Shown here: piece by piece, positions 1 through 8,903 of the stretch
How the letters are laid out: each line of letters opens with the position of its first letter
Position numbering within the stretch: position 1 is the first letter of the stretch
NCBI RefSeq assembly: GCF_002075285.3
Contig: NZ_CP021983.2
Span: forward strand, 1,890,001 to 1,922,000
Origin: Halomicronema hongdechloris C2206
Lineage (GTDB): Bacteria > Cyanobacteriota > Cyanobacteriia > Phormidesmidales > Phormidesmidaceae
DNA length: 32,000 nucleotides
Reading direction: 5' to 3'
The notes under the pieces: model-generated
The model's database searches: none
The model's input: only the letters and a program-made list of their open reading frames with translations
Told to the model about the DNA's origin: nothing
Made by a program: the position numbers and the translations under genes

Positions 1-1010
1 GCCGCCGTCGACAACCACCAGAGGATGGGATTGCCCAAGCCGTGCACGTCATAGATTACCTCCGACAGATTCCCCGACAGCGGCCGCCGTTGATAGACAT
101 AGGCAATGGGTCGCAGCAGCAGGGGCCAGGTATACCAGGCCGAACAGTAGGGATGACTGACCCCGCCGATCTGCTGGTGGGTCTGCCAGATCTGCCAGTG
201 GATGCTCAGCAAATTGGTCTGGGCCAGGTGCAGATGGGGCAGCCACAGCAGGCCATAGGTGGCCAGGGGCACCAACCCCAGAGAGAGGATGCCTTGCCGC
301 CAGGGCACTCCCCGCAGCGTGGGCGGCACCTGTTCCCGTAGTCGAGGCCAATGGCCGATGCCTGCCAGCAGTACTAGGGCCAGCCAGAAGCCAGCCCCGT
401 TCCACTTCACCGCCATGGCGGCCCCCAGGGCCAGACCAGCCCCTAGACGCCAGGGTAATCGGGGCGACTGCAGCCACAGGGCCTGACCCAGCAGCCCCAA
501 CAGCAGCCAGTAGATGTTAATCAGGCCATAGCGGGATTCCACCAGGCTAAAGCCCTCGACAGCCATGAGCCCGGCGGCCACCAGGGTAATCGTGGTCCGG
601 CCAGCCTGGGAGCAGGGCCGGGCTAACCCATAGGCCAGCCCCGCCACCACTGGCACCAGCAGGCTACCGGTCACAGCATTCAGCCAGCGGTAGCTGATCG
701 GGCTGAGGGCCAGGCCCGTTTCGCCATTGCTGGGCAGCCCTGCCAGGGGCACTTGCTGGGCCAGCCAGATGCCCAGGGCAATCAGGTATTTACCCAGGGG
801 GGGATGGGCGTCGAAACTAGGGGTCTGGTGCAGGTAATCGACGGCGAACTGCACGTAGTAGACTTCGTCGAAGACTAGGGTATTGAAGCGGCCCAGCTGC
901 CACAGCCGCAGCCCCAAGGCCAAGCCCCAGAACAGACCGATTCCCAAGGCCAGGGGGTGCTGGGTCAACAGTTTCCACTGCCGAATTAACCGATGCCAGA
1001 AAGCAATCAT
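1..1010 (-). CDS. Phospholipid-carrier-dependent glycosyltransferase, PMT/GT39 (ArnT-like) family. N-terminal ~336 codons; the 3' end runs off the left edge.
   Basis: Absent from the ORF track because it is open-ended. My reverse-complement translation from the ATG (complement of 1008-1010) reads MIAFWHRLIRQWKLLTQHPLALGIGLFWGLALGLRLWQLGRFNTLVFDEVYYVQFAVDYLHQTPSFDAHPPLGKYLIALG... It is multi-TM and carries the loop-1 FDE-YY and HPPLGK signature of PMT-type transferases. I checked triplets 3..164 on the plus strand and found no stop in that frame; my read-through translation of the rest to base 1010 also met none. Confidence 0.75.
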   Translation of the reverse strand, partial: MIAFWHRLIRQWKLLTQHPLALGIGLFWGLALGLRLWQLGRFNTLVFDEVYYVQFAVDYLHQTPSFDAHPPLGKYLIALGIWLAQQVPLAGLPSNGETGLALSPISYRWLNAVTGSLLVPVVAGLAYGLARPCSQAGRTTITLVAAGLMAVEGFSLVESRYGLINIYWLLLGLLGQALWLQSPRLPWRLGAGLALGAAMAVKWNGAGFWLALVLLAGIGHWPRLREQVPPTLRGVPWRQGILSLGLVPLATYGLLWLPHLHLAQTNLLSIHWQIWQTHQQIGGVSHPYCSAWYTWPLLLRPIAYVYQRRPLSGNLSEVIYDVHGLGNPILWWLSTA

Positions 1011-1077
1011 GCCCCCTACTGTGCCATGCCCCTACTGTGCCATGCCCCCTACTGTGCCATGCCCCTACTGTGCCATG
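1009..1077. repeat. Perfect tandem repeat: four units of ATGCCCC(C)TACTGTGCC alternating 17/16 nt, which is 2 x 33 bp, plus a partial ATGG.
   Basis: Read directly. Units lie at 1009-1025, 1026-1041, 1042-1058 and 1059-1074, differing only in C5 versus C4. The repeat occupies most of the 97 nt between the divergent start codons at 1010 (-) and 1108 (+). Confidence 0.95.
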
Positions 1078-1107
1078 GTGGAGACATAGCATTGGATAAT
1101 CCTAGGG

Positions 1108-1746
1108 ATGAGATCTCACGACCACCGCCGCCATGCCCCAGCTACGGCTCGCAACCGGGAGCCCATCTTGCAGGTGCTAGAGCGGGTGCTGCCCCCCCAA
1201 GGCACCGTTCTAGAAATTGCCAGTGGCAGTGGCGAACATGCGATTTTCTTTGCCCCCCGCTTAGCGGGCCGCCATTGGCTACCCAGCGACATAGATCCCT
1301 CGGCCCTGACTAGCATCGAAGCCTGGCGTCAGACCCACCCCTGCGATAGCCTGGCCGCACCGGTGAGATTGGATGCCACCGATTCTGCCTGGCCCCAGAC
1401 CGTCACCCAGCACGTCCCTGAGAATTGCCCGGTCGTGGCCATCGTTACCATTAATATGATTCATATCAGTCCCTGGCAGAGTTGCCTGGGGCTAATGGCC
1501 GGGGCTGGCGCCTTGCTACCCCCCCAGGGAGTGCTCTACCTCTATGGCCCCTTTCAGCGCCATGGCAGGCACACAGCTCCCAGCAATGAGGCCTTCGACC
1601 GGTCTTTTTGCGATCGCAAAACCCGGCCTGGGGCGTGCGTCCCCTAGAAGCGGTAGCCGGAGGTGGCTGCCGCCCAGGGGCTCACCCTGGATGAGGTGGT
1701 GGAGATGCCGGCCAATAACTTGTCGGTGATCTTCCGGCGGGAGTAA
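1108..1746 (+). pseudogene. DUF938-family SAM-dependent methyltransferase, interrupted by a compensating pair of frameshifts. As written, the ORF stops at 1647.
   Basis: The N-terminus HAPATARNREPILQVLERVLPPQGTVLEIASGSGEHAIFFAP...WLPSD is typical of DUF938. After ...APSNEAFDRS (T5 run at 1605-1609) the family-like sequence FLRSQNPAWGVRPLEAVA continues in the -1 frame. From about 1659-1660 the original frame resumes as EVAAAQGLTLDEVVEMPANNLSVIFRRE, with a stop at 1744-1746. Confidence 0.7.
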
Positions 1747-2100
1747 GGCTCTAGACGTGGTTGAAGAGGGAGACCAAGTTCCCAGCCTGGGCCTGAGTTC
1801 ATGAAACCTTTACGATTCCGGCATGCTATATGTCGCCGCCATCAAGCCTAGGAAGTGCTGGAACCCGTTGAGCCTTAATTCAGTCTTTAGAGCCAGCTAG
1901 CGCATCAGAGACTGTGGTTTTCTGATGATTCCTAGGAAATCTGACTAGGTTTGCCTAATGCCTAGGCAAGCCACCAGGGGGCTCATCTAACCGCGTTCAA
2001 GTCCAGATCTGACAGGTTGCCCTAAGCCAGCAACGAGTTCTGGCTGGACTCGAGCTCCCATTCACCCTCTAACTGCAAATTGCTCTACAGGGAAGAAACT

Positions 2101-3125
<1,025 letters not shown>

Positions 3126-3306
3126 GTTGAGTTGAGCGGTCACCATTGCCACTAGAGCAGCGGCCGTGGCCCGAAAGGCTGTGGTCCTGACCTCTCTAGC
3201 GCCCACGGTGGCAGCAATAACGCGATTGACCGCTTGAGACCATTAGCAGGGGACGGACGACCGGCACCAGGACATCCCGAGGGGTGTCCTGGTTGTCGTC
3301 TTCTGT

Positions 3307-5727
3307 ATGATCGAGATGACCGATACTCTTGTGCGATCGCATCCCATGCCAGTCCTTTCTCAATCCTCTGCTGATACGACGACGGCGGCTCCCAGGTCGG
3401 CGCCCGCAACCGTGGTCCTAAATGTCGGTGGCATGAAATGTGCCGGTTGCGTGCGATCGGTAGAAAAGCAGCTCCTGGCTTGCTCAGGGGTCGAGTCAGC
3501 CACTGTGAATCTGGTTACGGAAGTGGCCGTGGTCGAGACCAGCGGCGACATTGCTGCCGATACCCTAGCCCAGCGCGTCAGCGACGCTGGCTTTCCCACT
3601 CAACCCCGGGCTGCTGACGCCGCTGGCACTGGGCTCACCGATTGGGTAGAGCGCAAGCAAGCGGAGCAGCGTACCCAGGGACGGCGACTTGCGATCGCAA
3701 TCATGCTGCTGCTGCTCTCGACCATTGGGCACCTGAAGCATTTTGGCTGGCTGACGGTGCCGGTGCTGAGCGATCTGTGGTTCCACGCCGTCCTGGCCAC
3801 CCTCACCCTGGTAGGACCCGCCCGGGACATCGTGGTGGATGGCTGGCAGGGAATGCGACGGCTGACCCCCAACATGAATACCCTGGTGGCCTTGGGGTCT
3901 CTCAGTGCCTATGGCGCCAGTGTGGTGGCCTTGATCTTTCCGAAACTGGGCTGGGAGTGCTTCTTTGATGAGCCGGTAATGCTGCTCAGTTTCATTCTGC
4001 TGGGGCGCACCCTAGAACAGCGGACTCGCTATCGGGCGGCAGATGCCCTGCGGTCCTTAGTGGAACTACAGCCGGCCGTGGCTCGGTTAATTTCTGACCC
4101 GACCCAGGGAGAAACGACCCAACCGGGCGTAGAGGTGCCAGTGAGCTGCCTACAGCCAGGGGAATGGGTGCGGATACTGCCTGGGGAGAAGGTGCCTGCC
4201 GATGGTGAGGTGGTAGCGGGGCAGTCGACCCTGGATGAGTCCATGCTCACGGGGGAATCCATGCCAGTGTTGAAGCAGCCGGGGGATACCGTGGCGGCGG
4301 GCACCGTCAATCAGTCTGGAGCCCTGGCGGTGCGAGTGACCAGCACCGGTCAAGAGACTACCCTGGCCCAGATGATCACCCTGGTGGAAACAGCCCAAAG
4401 TCGTAAGGCACCGGTGCAGGGCCTGGCGGATGTGATTGCCGGGTATTTCACCTACGGGGTGATGACCCTGGCGACGCTGACCTTCTTGTTTTGGTATTTC
4501 ATTGGCCTGGAGCAATGGCCCCAGGCGATGGCAGCCGCCCTAGGGCCGATGTCCCCAGTTGGGGCTCCCTCCTCTACCCTATTGGTGAGCTTAAAACTTG
4601 CGATCGCAGTGCTGGTGGTGGCCTGCCCCTGTGCCCTGGGGCTGGCGACACCCACCGCCATCCTCGTGGGGTCTGGCCTGGGGGCAGAGCGGGGCCTCTT
4701 GATTCGTGGCGGCGATGTGCTAGAAGCCGTCCATGGCCTGCAGCGGGTGGTATTCGACAAGACCGGCACCCTGACCCAGGGCCAACCCCAGGTCACCGAT
4801 ACCTTAGTCCTGGATGCTGCCCTGTCAGAGACAGAGCTGCTACGGTTGGCGGCGACCGTGGAGAGTGGCACTCGCCATCCCCTGGCCATCGCCATTCAAC
4901 AGGCCGCCCAGGCCCAAGGGTTAGCGTTGCTATCGGCCCAGGCCTTTCAGACTGAACCGGGCCTGGGAATTACCGCCCAGGTTAGCTGGCAGGACGCTGA
5001 CGTGGCCTGTGTGATCGGTAATCGGGCTTGGCTAGAGCAGCATGGCATCTCGGTGGATACTGCTGCTGAGACCCAGGCCGCAGCCCTGACTGAGGCGGGT
5101 AAGACAGTGATCTATATCGCCCGAGGCCAGACCCTGGCCGGTCTCATGGCAGTGGCCGATCAGCTGCGTCCGGAGGCCCAGCAGGTAGTGCAAGGGCTAC
5201 AGGATAGGGGACTACCGGTAACCCTGTTGAGCGGAGATCAGCAACTGGTGGCCGCTGCGATCGCATCCCAACTCAACCTCGGCTCCGATCAAGTCATGGC
5301 CGAAATCACTCCCCAAGGCAAAGTCGAGGCTATTCAACGGTTTCAAGCCCAGGGTGAAACCGTTGCCCTAGTAGGCGATGGCATTAACGATGCCCCGGCC
5401 CTAGCCCAAGCCGACATCGGCATTACCCTCAACTCTGGCACCGACATTGCCATGGAAACCGCCGATGTGATTCTGATGCGGGATCATCTCGGCGGCATTG
5501 CCGCCGCCATCGACCTGAGCCGAGCCACCTTTACCACGATTCGGCAAAACCTAGGTTGGGCCTGTGTCTACAACCTAGTGGGTATTCCCCTAGCCGCCGG
5601 CGCCCTACTCCCCGTGGCGGGCATTAGCCTCAGCCCAGCCGCCGCCGGCGGATTAATGGCCTTCAGTTCCGTGGCGGTAGTGCTCAACTCACTGCGGTTG
5701 CGGCAGCAGCGCATCGAGGGCCTCTAG
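3307..5727 (+). CDS. Copper-translocating P1B-type ATPase (CtaA/PacS-like)
   Basis: 806-aa ORF. It has an N-terminal HMA domain with GMKCAGC, the transmembrane CPC motif (VACPCALGLATP), the phosphorylation site FDKTGTLT, the HP motif (GTRHPLA) and the hinge GDGINDAPAL. Confidence 0.9.
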   Translation: MIEMTDTLVRSHPMPVLSQSSADTTTAAPRSAPATVVLNVGGMKCAGCVRSVEKQLLACSGVESATVNLVTEVAVVETSGDIAADTLAQRVSDAGFPTQPRAADAAGTGLTDWVERKQAEQRTQGRRLAIAIMLLLLSTIGHLKHFGWLTVPVLSDLWFHAVLATLTLVGPARDIVVDGWQGMRRLTPNMNTLVALGSLSAYGASVVALIFPKLGWECFFDEPVMLLSFILLGRTLEQRTRYRAADALRSLVELQPAVARLISDPTQGETTQPGVEVPVSCLQPGEWVRILPGEKVPADGEVVAGQSTLDESMLTGESMPVLKQPGDTVAAGTVNQSGALAVRVTSTGQETTLAQMITLVETAQSRKAPVQGLADVIAGYFTYGVMTLATLTFLFWYFIGLEQWPQAMAAALGPMSPVGAPSSTLLVSLKLAIAVLVVACPCALGLATPTAILVGSGLGAERGLLIRGGDVLEAVHGLQRVVFDKTGTLTQGQPQVTDTLVLDAALSETELLRLAATVESGTRHPLAIAIQQAAQAQGLALLSAQAFQTEPGLGITAQVSWQDADVACVIGNRAWLEQHGISVDTAAETQAAALTEAGKTVIYIARGQTLAGLMAVADQLRPEAQQVVQGLQDRGLPVTLLSGDQQLVAAAIASQLNLGSDQVMAEITPQGKVEAIQRFQAQGETVALVGDGINDAPALAQADIGITLNSGTDIAMETADVILMRDHLGGIAAAIDLSRATFTTIRQNLGWACVYNLVGIPLAAGALLPVAGISLSPAAAGGLMAFSSVAVVLNSLRLRQQRIEGL

Positions 5728-5738
5728 TGGTTGCCGGC

Positions 5739-6326
5739 TCAGCGGACCTCGTGGGCATAGCTGGCCCGCCGGGTAAACAGGAACGGCCCCGCTAAAGAGC
5801 CCCAGAGATGCTCATCGGTGTCGGGGTCTCGGCCCCGATCCCAACTGATAAACTTCTCGGCATCGATTTCAAATTCACTGTCCAGATAGGTTTTACGACC
5901 CTGACGCTCCACCATACAGGCCTTGCCCGGCTCTACCTTGCCTTTAAAGCTGTGGCCAGTCCACGCCACGATCATGTTGCAGCCCGGCATTTTCTCTAGG
6001 TCGGCAGCAGTCATAGACACCCCCTCCCCCTGCTTACGGGCAGCCCCGTAGAAGGCCTCTTGGTTCTTGATCATATAATTTTCGATCTCGATATGGTTGT
6101 CCCGGGACATTAGCCTCAGGACCCGAGCCCGATAGGGCCGACTGAGCATGAAATTGTAAGCTTGCTCCACATACAGGCTGGGTCCAGAGAGAACCTCGGG
6201 CACCAACGGCCGCATACACACCCGAATGTGGGCATAGAGGGGGGGATTATCGAAGGCTTGAGCCTGATTGCAAAAGTCAGCTGCCATCCAGCGAGCCAGG
6301 GTGAGAACGTCAGTAGCGTGAGACAT
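5739..6326 (-). CDS. cpcT: Phycocyanobilin lyase, CpcT/CpeT family
   Basis: 195 aa. The N-terminus LTLARWMAADFCNQAQAFDNPPLYAHIRVCMRPL and the overall length are characteristic of the CpcT (DUF1001) family. Confidence 0.8.
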   Translation of the reverse strand: MSHATDVLTLARWMAADFCNQAQAFDNPPLYAHIRVCMRPLVPEVLSGPSLYVEQAYNFMLSRPYRARVLRLMSRDNHIEIENYMIKNQEAFYGAARKQGEGVSMTAADLEKMPGCNMIVAWTGHSFKGKVEPGKACMVERQGRKTYLDSEFEIDAEKFISWDRGRDPDTDEHLWGSLAGPFLFTRRASYAHEVR

Positions 6327-6463
6327 GAACCGGATATGCGGACACTTGTTGCCCCCATTGTACGGCGTCCCCCATCCCTAGACGATCCCGACTTTCATGG
6401 CAGTTGTAAGCAGCCAGAGCCCCAGAGAATCTAAACATCGGGCGGTATGGCCATCGCCGGGAA

Positions 6464-7000
6464 TCAACAGCGTCGCTCTAGATACTGACCGATCATTTGC
6501 TGTTGCCCCGCCCGGGAGATAATAGTCTGGCGGGTGCGATACTGCCGTCCTACCAGTTTCAGCTCTTCTTCAAACACCGAGTCGTTGTATTCAGTGCGCA
6601 GCTGCAAGGTTTTAGGATCGCGAAATAGAAACTGAGCCGTCACTGGCTTACTGGTGGCAAAGCCCCGATCTCGATAGAGCAGGGTGCCGCGCACACCAAA
6701 CACAGTGGATCCTTTCACCGGTTTACGGCTGGTATTGGGATAGTTGCTCTCCCAGGCGACCTCAGCGCCACAGATCAAGGCATCCTGCTGCTGCAGCTGA
6801 TGCAGGTCGGCAAGATGCAATAACTCCGCACTACCAGCCTGGAGGAAACGAATGGCAATGTGACTCACCACCTCCTGCACCTTGCCGTCAGGGAGGGTAT
6901 AGTAGCGTCGCTCCGAGAGCCAGCGGCCAGCAGATGCTTGGAAGAAGGCTGTAATCAGGGGCTCCGCTAGCAGGCGAGCGGTATCAACCGAGAAAGGCAT
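6464..7000 (-). CDS. Phycobiliprotein chromophore lyase, CpcS/CpcU (CpeS-like) family
   Basis: Contains SAGRWLSERRYYTL (the GxW-S-R-y motif of S/U lyases) and is about 178 aa, the size of these lipocalin-like proteins. I moved the start from the TTG at 7048 to the ATG at 7000 (MPFSVD...). Confidence 0.7.
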   Translation of the reverse strand: MPFSVDTARLLAEPLITAFFQASAGRWLSERRYYTLPDGKVQEVVSHIAIRFLQAGSAELLHLADLHQLQQQDALICGAEVAWESNYPNTSRKPVKGSTVFGVRGTLLYRDRGFATSKPVTAQFLFRDPKTLQLRTEYNDSVFEEELKLVGRQYRTRQTIISRAGQQQMIGQYLERRC

Positions 7001-7267
7001 AAATGCAGGACTCTCCCAAGAAAACAACAGACAAGAATGATTTGGCAAAAGTCAAGCCCCTTCACCAAAATTTAACTTTTCTTAATTATAGCCAATCAAT
7101 GCCATGGCAACAGCAAGCCAGAAATCTCGCTTTGGCTAGACAACACTTGACAATGAAGTTTGTATCAAATTGTTAAGGACTACTGTAAGCCCTGATACCA
7201 AGGCAGGATCGATCGACTGGGGCGGCCCCCCGCTAGGATAGAGTCATAGTCGGGCTGATCTCTTCGT

Positions 7268-7822
7268 ATGGGTATCGTCGATCTGCAGAACTTCTTTCAG
7301 TGCTGTGTGGGAGACTGGATTACCGAACGCACGTACCACTACCTGAGTCAATCACTGGTAGAGCGCTCTCGCACAACCTTCCGGGTAGACCCGATTACGT
7401 CTGATCTAAAGCAACGGGTGCTAGACGACAACCAGTACTCAGCAGCGGTGTCCTCCCTGGAGGAATTACCAGGGTTTCGTCTGGGATTTCATACGGTCTC
7501 TGAAACCGGCGAAGAGGTATCCCAGGAATTGCGGATGCTGTTTGTGCCGCAGCAGCAGCAGGGAACTACCTTGGCAGGGGATTATCTGCGGGATCGAGCC
7601 TATGAAGAGGATCGCCCCATCGTGTCTCAGTTCCGCTACGATACCAGCTGCCAGGAACTGCTGATGACAACTCCCTATACTCGAGTCGTCTCTGTAGACT
7701 CCATCACTCTGATCAACCCTGAGCTGCGCATTCGTAGTATTCTCAACTACCAGCGTCCCCAGGCAGGTCCCCTAGATACCCTGCTACTAGCGGGATTTGG
7801 CGTTGAGCAAAAGGCATGTTAA
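7268..7822 (+). CDS. Phycobiliprotein chromophore lyase, CpcS/CpcU (CpeS-like) family
   Basis: 184 aa. Contains FFQCCVGDWITERTYHYL, matching the S/U-type lyase N-terminal motif. It is divergent from the other S/U-type gene. Confidence 0.7.
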   Translation: MGIVDLQNFFQCCVGDWITERTYHYLSQSLVERSRTTFRVDPITSDLKQRVLDDNQYSAAVSSLEELPGFRLGFHTVSETGEEVSQELRMLFVPQQQQGTTLAGDYLRDRAYEEDRPIVSQFRYDTSCQELLMTTPYTRVVSVDSITLINPELRIRSILNYQRPQAGPLDTLLLAGFGVEQKAC

Positions 7823-7832
7823 GGGATGAACC

Positions 7833-8366
7833 ATGTCGTCTGATTCCCCGCTTGTTCCCTATCCTCGTGTTCCCCTAGGCCGTCGTGCCGCCGCCTTGGT
7901 GGTCGACAGTCTACTAGTAGGAACCCTGAGTGCCACCCTGGCGGGCACCTTTCTGCTCTGGTTGGTTATCTTCATGGTGCTCTGGCTGGGCCTGCGCGTT
8001 GCCATTGCTGGACGTCAGCATGGCCAAAGCTTGGGGCGTTGGGCCTTTGATATGCGAGTAGTAGAGCCCTGGAGTGGACGCACGCCCTTACTGCTTCCCT
8101 TAGCCCAACGGGAAGCCGTCGTTGGCGTCGGATCTGCCCTGGCGTTGTACGGCCTTACCCACCTCAGCCCTACCAATGCCTGGGCTCTCCTGTTGCCCCT
8201 ACCCTTATTAGCGGATTGTGGTAGCGCCTGGTTAGATCCTGTGCGACGACTGACATTTCACGATCGCCTCAGCCAAACCACTGTAGTGCCAAGCCAGCGA
8301 GGCTATTCCCTAGATCTGAAATTAAAGAAATGGTTTGCGGAGTTCCGGCGTCGTGTGGAAAAATAG
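7833..8366 (+). CDS. RDD-family membrane protein
   Basis: Contains PLGRRAAALVVDSLLVG followed by hydrophobic helices and a later conserved HDRL. Confidence 0.55.
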   Translation: MSSDSPLVPYPRVPLGRRAAALVVDSLLVGTLSATLAGTFLLWLVIFMVLWLGLRVAIAGRQHGQSLGRWAFDMRVVEPWSGRTPLLLPLAQREAVVGVGSALALYGLTHLSPTNAWALLLPLPLLADCGSAWLDPVRRLTFHDRLSQTTVVPSQRGYSLDLKLKKWFAEFRRRVEK

Positions 8367-8408
8367 TAGATTGTGTCAATTGTTCTGTCAGGTCCCAGGC
8401 TAAGCACC

Positions 8409-8597
8409 ATGGCTAAAGGCGTTCGCATTGTAATTACTCTTGAGTGCACCGAGTGCCGCTCCAATACAGATAAGCGGTCTCCCGGTGTCTCGCGCTACAC
8501 GACACAGAAAAATCGACGAAATACATCGTCTCGGCTAGAGCTGAAGAAGTTCTGCCCCCACTGCAATAAGCATACGATCCACAAGGAAACCAAGTAG
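8409..8597 (+). CDS. rpmG: 50S ribosomal protein L33
   Basis: [17 protein letters not shown]...[17 protein letters not shown], the four-Cys L33 form. I moved the start to the ATG at 8409. Confidence 0.95.
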   Translation: MAKGVRIVITLECTECRSNTDKRSPGVSRYTTQKNRRNTSSRLELKKFCPHCNKHTIHKETK

Positions 8598-8615
8598 GGA
8601 GAGAGTATAAGAATC

Positions 8616-8831
8616 ATGGCTTATTTTCGTCGGCGCGTGTCGCCCATCAGACCAGATGAGAAAATTGACTACAAAGATGTTGATTTGCTGCGTAAGTTCA
8701 TCACCGAGCGCGGTAAAATCCTGCCTCGTCGAATCACCGGGTTGACGGCGAAGCAACAGCGGGATCTCACCGCCGCCATCAAGCGAGCCCGCATGTTGGC
8801 CTTGTTGCCCTACGTCAATCGCGAGGGCTAG
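8616..8831 (+). CDS. rpsR: 30S ribosomal protein S18
   Basis: The ORF reads ...[49 protein letters not shown]. Confidence 0.95.
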   Translation: MAYFRRRVSPIRPDEKIDYKDVDLLRKFITERGKILPRRITGLTAKQQRDLTAAIKRARMLALLPYVNREG

Positions 8832-8903
8832 CCTCATGGTGGCCTCTGCCCAGGTGGGGTGAGGTAGGGTTGATGATTAAAGCACATCCTCGGGGCGGTA
8901 GGG

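Noticed and set aside
42-486. Track ORFs 42..341(+), 49..477(-) and 259..486(+)
   Set aside because: All three lie inside the open-ended GT39 coding frame on the minus strand. Their translations are Gly/Pro/Arg/Ala-rich, as expected for off-frame reading of GC-rich coding DNA, and have no motifs.
1009-1077. Possibility that the tandem repeats here, or at 20391-20439, are CRISPR arrays
   Set aside because: The units are directly abutting with no spacers, are only 15-17 nt long, and no cas genes are present.
3360-4955. Multiple antisense or off-frame ORFs inside the copper ATPase gene (for example 4452..4895 -, 4491..4955 +)
   Set aside because: They are fully embedded in a motif-validated 806-aa CDS. 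Their translations are Arg/Pro/Gly-rich, as typical for off-frame GC-rich DNA.
7185-7198. NtcA-like GTA-N8-TAC motif (GTAAGCCCTGATAC) about 70 nt upstream of the S/U lyase gene at 7268
   Set aside because: By my estimate the motif is expected several times by chance in 32 kb. No -10-like box sits at the canonical ~22-nt distance; the nearest TAGGAT is about 35 nt away.
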